DNA from: Atractiella rhizophila
Lineage: Eukaryota
Assembly (NCBI GenBank): GCA_021432655.1
Contig: MU271232.1
Location: 100,361 to 131,755 of the forward strand
Reading direction: 5' to 3'
DNA length: 31,395 nucleotides
The position numbers and the translations under genes are program-made. The notes under the pieces are model-generated. The model did not search any database. It saw only the letters and a list, made by a program, of their open reading frames with translations, and was not told the origin of the DNA. Of this stretch, positions 22,638 to 31,395 are shown piece by piece; position 1 is the stretch's first letter; the number at the start of each line of letters is the position of its first letter.

Positions 22638-25216
22638 ATGGCAGACCCTCTCCACTCTATCAACGGCGTTGCGCCAGCAACCCTGCTTGATGACCAGGAA
22701 ACATTCGAGGTGAAGGGAAGCAAGAATTCGAAACACACCATCAAAAGGACGGGTGACCATTACATTTGTTCCTGTAAGCATTGCCAACAGTATTTCAGAC
22801 GTAAATACTGGCTGACAGCATTCGCAAACAAGGTCCGGCATGGAAGATGCAGAAAGGTACCTCCATTCACATTCAAACAACTTGGGATCTGAATAAATAT
22901 TTATTTTCAGGTAAACTGCCGAACGAAAGGACTTGTAAACATCTCAAGCAGGTCCTCTCTGAAGCCTACGAAGAAGAACGTCTCAAGCAATACGCCGATA
23001 CGCATGCTCAGCGTCCGCCGGAGAAGAACGTTACCTCCAAACCTGCCTCTAAAGCGAAACCTGCCTCAAATCTGGTACAACGAAGCCAGTCTCAAAGACC
23101 ACTCGCACCACGCGCGGGAAAGTAAAGACTGAAGAGGACGAGGGAGAGGCTGAAGAAGAAGAGGAAGCTCCGAAGAAACCTACCTCGAGAACCACGAGAG
23201 CGACTCGCGGGAAAGCAAAAGTAGAAGAGGAAGAAGAAGAAGGCAGAATGGCCGCCGAAGCGGTCAAGGTCTAAGCCCCCATCGAAGTCAGAAAGCAAAC
23301 CTCCTTCAAAGTCGTCTAAACCTGCTTCAAAGACCGCGGCCACTCGAGTCCCGCGTGGGAAAACGCCAAAAGTCGAAGAAGAAGAGGAGCAGGCGGAAGA
23401 AGCGGCTGATGAGGCGATGGAAGTCGAAGAGGAGGATGGGGAAGATGATCCTGTGTGGAACATCAACGGCGTAAAGCCTTTGAAGAAGCTTAAGGATCAG
23501 GAATTTGTTGAAGTTGAAGGCTCTGGCTCGTCCAAATATAAAGTAAAGAGGATCAACGATCATTACAGCTGCACCTGCCCTGCATGGGCATTTTTGAAGG
23601 GTATCAATGTGGACTGTCGCTCATGCAAGCATTGTAAAGCCGTCTTAGGCGAAGAGTGGGTCGTGTTTCTGCTCCGTTTTACCTGACGGATGGCGCTGAA
23701 CATTTTTGTGGTGGGTTAAAGATACGAGAAAGTGCGATTGGAAGCGAAGGGAGTCGAGGTACCGACCTCGCCTGTGAAAGGGAAAGGGAAGAGGAAAGCT
23801 GCTGATTCGGATTCGCCATCGAAAAAGAAGAAAAAAACAAACGATGACGGGGACGACGACGATGACAGCGTTACTGTGCAGGTCTTGTTGGCCAATAAAT
23901 TTGATTTAGAGGGAAAACAAGACCCCACTGGTTGGTGGATTTCTGAAAAGCGTGAGTACTTTAGCTTCCCTTCCTTAGAATTGATTTCAAATCTTACGTT
24001 CAAACAGTCGACGGCCTGCGTTGCTTCTGGGATGGTAAATCTAAGTTACTCATAGACTGGGAAATAAGTTTGCTGCTCCCGACTGGTTTAAAGAGCGTAC
24101 GTTTTCTCAAATCTTACCGAGGAGTATGCAATCGACGGTGAACACGTATAGAACTCCCTCAAGGTACGACTCTGGATGGAGAGCTGTGGCACTCACGTGG
24201 AGGCTTCAATGAAGCTACTTCCATTGTCAGGTCGGGAGCTTCCAAGCGCTGGAACGAAATCAGATTCCATGGTCGGTGTTTGCATTGATGAGTCCTCTCG
24301 AGCTGCAAGCTGACTCTGTCTAATAGTGTTCGATGTACCATCTGAAGGAAGCTTATCATTCGAAGAACGAGTCGCATTTCTGGAGAAAACATTTCACAAC
24401 TCTCCCTCAGTCGCGGCACCTGTCCCCGTGGACGAAGACGAGGAAGAGTCTCAGACCACGCATGAGATCATCGGAAAAGGAACCGGGCTGGTCGACATTC
24501 ACGATGAGAGTGAACAAGGGAATAAAACTAAGAAAGCAGGGGTGGTGGTGGATCTAGTTCAACACACAAAGTGCGAGGGGAAAGATCACCTTCTCAGGGC
24601 TTTGAAGAGGGTTGAACAGCTTGGAGGTGAAGGGTTCGTCTCCTTCTCTTATGGTGGCTGGAGCGCTGAATTGACGCTGCATTAGGCTGATGCTGAGGAA
24701 ACCTGGATCTAAATATGAAGGACGGCGATCGTCCACACTTTTGAAAGTCAAGACCTTCTATGAAGCTGATGCCGAAGTTATTGGTCACGTCAACGGAAAG
24801 GTGTGCATTTTTTACAAAGGTTTTTCTAATTAACATTGCTGTATAGGGAAAGTATGCAGGAATGACAGGCTCCTTGAAATGTAAGATGGAATCCGGACAG
24901 GAATTCCAGGTTGGCTCTGGAATGAACGATGATCTGCGAAAGAAACCTCCCAAGGTCCGCATAACCTGTTCTCTCGTTTTCAGAAAAGGCTTACCGAGAA
25001 ATGCATAGATTGGAACCATTATCAATTACAGATTCCAGGAGATCACAAAGGTGTGTCGTGCTTCTTCACCCTTATATCACAGCAATGACAGCATAATAGG
25101 ATGGCGTTCCGAGATTCCCCACGTTCCTTGGGATTAGAATTGATATGAAGAAACCCAAAGACTACGTCTTTCCTGCGAAAAAGTCTTCCAACCAGAAGAA
25201 CGACGACTCGGATTGA
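22638..25216 (+). CDS. Minimal bacterial/viral-type ATP-dependent DNA ligase with two N-terminal SWIM zinc fingers; three apparent frameshifts
   Basis: SWIM1 YICSCPAWKMQKGKLPNERTCKH and SWIM2 YSCTCPAWAFLKGINVDCRSCKH; motif I WISEKLDGLR, III LDGELW, IIIa FHVFD, IV GGEGLMLR, V RSSTLLKVK, OB fold ending GVPRFPTFLGIR; stop TGA 25214-25216. Confidence 0.92.
23036..23400 (+). repeat. Coding repeat in the ligase linker: three KPxSK/R..TR..RGKxKxEEEE units
   Basis: KPVSKTTRTTRGKVKTEEDE, KPTSRTTRATRGKAKVEEEE, KPASKTAATRVPRGKTPKVEEEEE. Confidence 0.75.
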
Positions 25217-25650
25217 ACTGTTACAAATAAACTGTCATCGACACTCTTGCACATATGCGGTTCGCTTATAATGCTTTCCGAGTATCTTACTTCACAAGTT
25301 GCACTCTGATTTGTCTTTCGTAAAGGAGGCCAGGTTTCTTTTGTTACCCCGACTTGGAATTAATCTCTAAACAATGCATGATCTACATCTTCGCTCACGG
25401 TTTGAATAAACAGGAATGGTAATACAAATACAAGCTTGTGTTTTCATCGCAAAACAATTCCTTAGCAAACCGAGAACAAAACTAATAACTGATCAAGTAG
25501 ACACCGCAAACTAAGAATGAAAAAGATTACTGAAGTAGATTGTCACAAACGCGTTTAGACAGGAGAAGAATTGGGTTCAATTTGAGAAATGCGAAGATGT
25601 GTGACCATTAAGAACTGACTGATTGGAAGTTCATACTAGTAGAGCCGTGT

Positions 25651-27998
25651 TCACTTGTGCCTTCGTTGATGCCTGATTTTCGCGTCCTTACGAGAAAACT
25701 TGCCGCCGCAGACCTCGCATATCCATTCGGGCTTTTCAGCAGCGTGCAATGTCGCCTTATGCCTGTCGAGATCGTAAGGTCTACAGAATCAATGTCAGTT
25801 CCTGGTCAATGGGCAGAGGAAACAGGACGCAGACGTACCTCCTAAAGTGAGTCCCACATATCTGTCCGTTCGGCAATCTGACATCGCAGATGATCGCGCC
25901 AACAGGTGCTGACTTGGAAGTTCCTTCTCCAGCTTTCGATCTCTTCGTAGGACGCGACGTTCCTCCTTTAGCAGTCCGACCTCTTCTCGAACTTCCGCCA
26001 TCATATTCCTCCTCCTCCTCCTCCTCTTCATCAAAATCGGGATCGGCATCCGCGTCCTCATTATTCTCATCCTCATCATCCATCTCTGCTGCCGTTCGTT
26101 TCTTTGGCTGATTGAGCCACGACAAATCTTCGACGGGTTGTTCTCGGCGAGACGACGGAGCAGCTCGAGAGCTGGACGGCGTACGCGGGGGACGGGATTG
26201 GTGGGGAGGATCTGGGGCAGGGGCAGGTTGAACCGGCGAAGTGTGCTGTTCTCCTCGTTCCCCCTCCGCTTGCTCCTCAGCACCTTCCACGTCTCCCACC
26301 GCATCCGACTCTCCCATTTCAATATCTCCCTCCCAATCTTGCTCAACCACGCTATACTGACCCGCCTTCGTCTTCTTCATCCTCTTCCCCCTTGGTGTGG
26401 ACTTTGGAGTCCCCTTTGGAGTCCCCTTGCCTCTAGCTGTCGAAGTCGATGAAGGGGTTCCCAGCCTTCCACCCCAAAGATCTGGATCGATCTCCTCCCT
26501 CCTCGCTTCCGCATGCTCCTCCTCCTCCGCACCATCGCTGCTCTCCACAATTGAAGGAGTATCCAGCGCTTTCAGATCCGCCTCTTCCTCCTCCTCATTC
26601 TGCTCTTCTTCCCTCTCAATCGTCGAGAAGCTCGAAGCCGTATCCGCCGTCCCGTTACTGGAGAAGCTGCTTTTATCCTGCTTCTCCCCATTGTTAGGTC
26701 CTCCGCTCTTATCTTCCACCATCTCGGTTGGCATCGGGTCAGGGGACTGAGAATAAACTCTTTGTCGTGGGCTTTTGTCTCTGCTTCGTGACCCAGATCT
26801 CGAAGTTGGGGGGCCAAGAAACAGCCGAAGGAGGCATCGTTAGGAAGTCTTTCCTCTCCCCATCTTCTTTCGTGCCAATGACATCCTCCTCCTTCTCTTC
26901 CTTCTCTGATTTCTTCCCCTTCCCCTTCCCTTTCCCCTTGTTCAGAAGATGGTCGTACCTCGAGCTCGGCATGGGTGCGAAGAGTTTACCCACAATACGG
27001 TCGTGCCCTTCGTTTTCGCGAGTCACGTCGTCATAATCCACGAAAGCTTCTTTGGGAGAGACGGTGCGACGTTTCATTGCTTCCTCCTGTTCACGAGTGA
27101 TGGAGGACAGGACAATGCTTGCCGGAGAACTGGGGAGGGACGCAGCGGAGGTCGTGGGCACGGAACGATCGACTACGAAAGGGAAGGATGGGTATGGAGA
27201 AAGAGGAAGAGAGGAGGACCGACCTCCATGCCCGTCCACGACTTCCCCGTTGCTGATGATTGTGGGTTCGTACGAAAAGGAGGATAGCAGGGGTGACTTG
27301 AGTCGGGGCTGTCCGTGCGAGATCTTGTCCGCCAACAGTTGGAGAGCGGTGGGAGTCATCATTCTTCTGCCCCTCGCTTGACTCGTCATCTGTGTCGGAG
27401 TCATCGATTGCTCTCGCACCTCACTTTCCACATCGGAAGCTGCGTAAGTGGAAGGCGTGAACGTGCGAGGGGACGAGAGGGGATCGATGAAATGGTTGAA
27501 AGTTGGCTCGGGACGGAGAAGCGGAGCTGGAAAGACAGGGAAGACAGGGACGAGCCTGCAGGGACGTTGATTGTGTTGAGCTGAAGTTGAGGGGGTCTGT
27601 TGATTTGTTTAGGGATGGGCTGCTGAAAGGTGAACGAAGCGGGCATCGGGTCGTAGACTGTATTTGTGAATGAGTATGACTGTTGAGGAAGGGGTTGGAG
27701 TTCTTGAGGCTCGGCAACATCGGAGGCTACCGAAGAAGCGGAATGATCAGATATCATGGAGGAGGGCGTCGAGCCATCGGTGCATAGGGATTGATACGCC
27801 GTCGGCGGGGACATGAAGTCTCCACCGAAGCCTGGCAACATGACATCATTGTCAGTTCCGATCCCCATCTCACACCAGTCTTCTCGCTCAAGATGACGAA
27901 AACGTGAGCACTCACCTTCAGGATACACATCTTGTTCCCTTTGACCTTTTCCGAACCCTTGTTGTTGAAAAATAGTAAAAATCTCCCGCTCCCGCCAT
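25651..27998 (-). CDS. RPN4: Rpn4-like C2H2 zinc-finger transcription factor; three apparent frameshifts
   Basis: C-terminal fingers ICDVRLPNGQICGTHFRRPYDLDRHKATLH and ICEVCGGKFSRKDAKIRHQRRHK* match the Rpn4 RxYDLxRH...FSRxDA signature; long acidic and S/P-rich N-terminal region; start uncertain, possibly within the gap. Confidence 0.75.
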
Positions 27999-28116
27999 AC
28001 TTTCCTTTCCCTTGTGCTGTGAAGACTGGTAGTAAGGGCAATCAACTAGTTCTTGAGCGTCCTGATGGATTTTCAAGCAGTTTTCGTTGACGTGGAAGCA
28101 GAAAACTGGGTCTGTC

Positions 28117-28673
28117 NNNNNNNNNNNNNNNNNNNNNNNNNNNNNNNNNNNNNNNNNNNNNNNNNNNNNNNNNNNNNNNNNNNNNNNNNNNNNNNNNNNN
28201 NNNNNNNNNNNNNNNNNNNNNNNNNNNNNNNNNNNNNNNNNNNNNNNNNNNNNNNNNNNNNNNNNNNNNNNNNNNNNNNNNNNNNNNNNNNNNNNNNNNN
28301 NNNNNNNNNNNNNNNNNNNNNNNNNNNNNNNNNNNNNNNNNNNNNNNNNNNNNNNNNNNNNNNNNNNNNNNNNNNNNNNNNNNNNNNNNNNNNNNNNNNN
28401 NNNNNNNNNNNNNNNNNNNNNNNNNNNNNNNNNNNNNNNNNNNNNNNNNNNNNNNNNNNNNNNNNNNNNNNNNNNNNNNNNNNNNNNNNNNNNNNNNNNN
28501 NNNNNNNNNNNNNNNNNNNNNNNNNNNNNNNNNNNNNNNNNNNNNNNNNNNNNNNNNNNNNNNNNNNNNNNNNNNNNNNNNNNNNNNNNNNNNNNNNNNN
28601 NNNNNNNNNNNNNNNNNNNNNNNNNNNNNNNNNNNNNNNNNNNNNNNNNNNNNNNNNNNNNNNNNNNNNNNNN
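28117..28673. other. Assembly gap (N run)
   Basis: Run of N. Confidence 1.
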
Positions 28674-29628
28674 TGTGGGTGCCGAAAGTCCTTTTATGCT
28701 TAGGATGGCTTCAAGCTTCAAGGGGAGTCTGGCCGGCTTCTCGAAGGGTCGGGTAGCTTCGCCGCACTTCGCTTGGCCGAAGGGAAGGCGAACTCGGGTG
28801 CCTGCAATCAGCTTTTTATCTGAAGTGCCCCTACACGTCCCTCGCTGCTGCGTCGATTACGCGTCTTGCAAGTCGCGAAGACACTCCCAAAGACTCGAAT
28901 CGAGACCAACCCGTGGGCTTCGTGTAGCATCTCCGTCCGGGGTTTTGCTTTAGTCACGGAACTACGCATTTGGAGCACCAAGGCTGAGCTTAGTCTAGGT
29001 TGGCACGTTTCGCTTAAGCGGTGAGGGTGCTGTGTTGCTCAAGATTTTATAAGCCTCTGGTTGCTGCTACGTGGTCAGAAACGATTTAGAAATTTGGCAT
29101 TTGGATTGGTGAACTCGCGGGTTGAAGAATTTGGGGAAACAAGTAAGCGTTTCGTTTCCTAACTCGACACGTTGCAGTTCCATCTCCATCCCACTTTCGT
29201 TGTTGTTCCTCAGCGCATCAATTGAGGATGTATTATGCTTAAGAGAGGGATAAAGGGATCGATTTCTCTTGAGGGAGACTTATAGGACCTTGTTATGAGA
29301 GCTGTTCAGAAAAAAGTCATCGAACGGAGCAAAATGGATCCCCTTCAGTGGAGTGGGAGAGTGGTCTATAAGCTCACCCTCTGAGAATGCTTCAAACGTC
29401 AACTTGTGGATTAGAGATTGGTGTTTTCCAAATTTCTGTGATGTTATGCCAGCTTGAACAATTTCCGAAGAATACTTGCAGGTGTTGTGAGATCCTCGTT
29501 TCTTCTCGTTCACAGTCTGATGTCGATGAGCCACCATCAACTTCAGTCATTCCACTTTCATTTGATTTCTAACTCTAGAACACCACTAATCCTGTGTTTT
29601 TCTGCAGCCGTTCACATCAATAGTTATT

Positions 29629-30735
29629 ATGCGAAACCTACAACCGATCCCAGCCTTCCTTCTCCTTCTCTCCCTCATCCCCGTTGCCTTCTCTTCCGTC
29701 GGTGACCGCTCCATCGGCTACCGAAAATGTCACTACGACTGCGAGCGGTCCTGCCGAGACACACGCTTCCCTCGACAAGCGAAGATTCCACGGTTCTGGA
29801 GCTGCGACGATGATTGTCATTACGAGTGTCAGCAAAAGATGACCGAGATAGCTTTGATCTGGAAGAACCACGAGAGGGCCGGTCAGATCGTGGTCCAGGA
29901 GGATCACAAAATCGAAGGCCTGCCGCTGGGACGAATGACCCAGTTCTATGGCAAGTGGCCACTCAAGAGATGGCGCTTCGTTCAGGAACCCATGTCCACC
30001 TTGTTCTCGATTGGGAACCTCCTCGTCCACATCGCGGCTTTGATGAGGCTCAGGAGGACCTTGCCGGCGAGCAGCGAGAGCTTGAGGAGGCTCAGGAACA
30101 CGTATATCGGATTGAGCTACGTGGGAATCAACACTTGGGTCTGGTCCATCGTCTTCCACACCCGCGACACACGACGGACGGAGAGGCTCGACTACTTCTC
30201 TGCTTCCCTCGGAACCATCTACGCCTTCTACCTCTGCGTCAGCCGAACGAACCGATTCCACTTCCGCTCATCCCAACGAGTCGCCAACCTCTGGAAACTC
30301 GCCTGTCTCGTCCTCTTCGGAGTCCACACCTCCATCCTCACTTTCGCGCACCGATTCCCGTACGGATACAACATGAAGTTCAACCTCATCGTCGCCGGCC
30401 TCACCCTCGCTCGATACGTTTGGTGGTACCTCAGCCCCGCCGAAGACAAGAAGTTCTCCCTATACTCCAGACCCCGCTCCTCGCCCATGACTCCCGCCCC
30501 TCCTTCGCCTCTACCTCCCCTCCTCGTCCTCGCCGCCCTCACAGGTCTGGAGATGCTCGAATTCCAACCTTGGCCAACGAAACAAAGGCTTTTTGATGCC
30601 CATTCCCTGTGGCATCTTAGCACGATTCCAGTCGTCTGGTGGTGGGCTAGGTATTTGGAGAAGGATGCGGAGTGGGAATGGAGGTGGGAGGAAACGGAAG
30701 GCGGCGTGAGGGGACTGAGCAGGAGATCGAAATGA
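29629..30735 (+). CDS. PER1: Per1/PGAP3 GPI lipid-remodelling protein, intronless
   Basis: Signal peptide, SVGDR...C..C...C, WSCDDDCHYEC, QFYGKWP, QEPMSTLFS, WSIVFHTRD, TERLDYF, DAHSLWH. Confidence 0.95.
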   Translation: MRNLQPIPAFLLLLSLIPVAFSSVGDRSIGYRKCHYDCERSCRDTRFPRQAKIPRFWSCDDDCHYECQQKMTEIALIWKNHERAGQIVVQEDHKIEGLPLGRMTQFYGKWPLKRWRFVQEPMSTLFSIGNLLVHIAALMRLRRTLPASSESLRRLRNTYIGLSYVGINTWVWSIVFHTRDTRRTERLDYFSASLGTIYAFYLCVSRTNRFHFRSSQRVANLWKLACLVLFGVHTSILTFAHRFPYGYNMKFNLIVAGLTLARYVWWYLSPAEDKKFSLYSRPRSSPMTPAPPSPLPPLLVLAALTGLEMLEFQPWPTKQRLFDAHSLWHLSTIPVVWWWARYLEKDAEWEWRWEETEGGVRGLSRRSK

Positions 30736-30966
30736 GAGGGGAGATGAGTGGTACGGGAGGAGTGAAAAGTGTAATTATGATGAGTACGTCTAATGCGACA
30801 TTTCTTTCAATATGCATTGAGTTATCACGTCGTCTTGCCTTTCAAAGTACATAAAATTACTGGCCTATTGTTACATGGTAGACGACCCCATCCTGATAGG
30901 AAGTTAGCCATTTAGCAAATATAAACATTCCATAAACCATGAAGCACGAAAATTCAAGATATGAAT

Positions 30967-31395
30967 TCAAGAACCGTTGATGCCACTGGAACCCGATCCA
31001 CTCACACCTGAGCCAGACGACGCGCTCTCGATTTCAACCGACGTCCCACTCCCCCTTGGGCTGCCCAAAGAATCCCTCGTCTCGGCCACTTCCGCGTCTC
31101 CCAAAGTGGGAGACGACATTTCTTCTTCAACTCCTTCGTCCATAGGATCAGAGAAAAGCAAATTGAAATTGAATAAATCGTAGCCACCGCCCACTGAGGC
31201 GAGGGAGGAAGAGTCCTCTTCGAGATAGTCCCAATCGATCCCCATCAACCCGTAGAGAAATTCTTCGTTCTCTTGCATTTGAGCGGCATCGAGTTGGAAT
31301 ACTCTCGGCGGGGCAAAGCTCTGCAACTCTTCCTCTTCCTCTTCTTCTTCCACCCTTGGCGGAGGAGTGTAGTCCCCAGTGAAAGGGTCCAGTTT
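30967..31395 (-). CDS. 3' end of an unidentified gene with an acidic, Ser/Gly-rich tail
   Basis: Frame is open from the window edge to TGA at 30969-30967 and converges on PER1; no recognisable motif. Confidence 0.55.
   Translation of the reverse strand, partial: KLDPFTGDYTPPPRVEEEEEEEELQSFAPPRVFQLDAAQMQENEEFLYGLMGIDWDYLEEDSSSLASVGGGYDLFNFNLLFSDPMDEGVEEEMSSPTLGDAEVAETRDSLGSPRGSGTSVEIESASSGSGVSGSGSSGINGS

Noticed and set aside
2212..25216. FAN1 plus ligase as a DNA-repair cluster, or P450, fucosidase and OPT as a metabolic cluster
   Set aside because: Separated by unrelated housekeeping genes, no backbone enzyme, and no synteny evidence available.
28053..28953. ORFs spanning the second N gap
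   Set aside because: Artefacts of translating N.
29638..30623. Long antisense and alternate-frame ORFs over PER1
   Set aside because: Expected shadows of GC-rich coding sequence.

Overview
Gene-dense, intron-rich fungal genomic DNA (short ~50-nt GT-AG introns; basidiomycete-like, inferred) with two N gaps. Genes in order: PDK/BCKDK-type kinase 3' end (+), KKDGxPDxR-repeat hydrophilic protein (-), FAN1 nuclease (+), divergent Gtr1/RagA GTPase (-), OPT transporter (+), RNase P p30 (-), Ser/Thr kinase (+), GH29 alpha-L-fucosidase (-), CYP63/CYP52-like P450 (-), double-SWIM bacterial-type ATP-dependent DNA ligase (+), Rpn4-like C2H2 factor (-), PER1/PGAP3 (+) and an unidentified partial ORF (-). 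The most striking signal is 19025-20731, which is reversed but not complemented. Its complement, read left to right, holds the missing P450 C-terminal half (joined in frame at 20732) and the missing fucosidase N-terminus, neither visible in a six-frame track. DNA after the second gap may be mirrored too, and nearby genes carry several 1-nt frameshifts, so an assembly or gap-filling artefact is the likeliest cause. The best biological candidates are the tandem-SWIM minimal ligase, the divergent Rag GTPase and the repeat protein.
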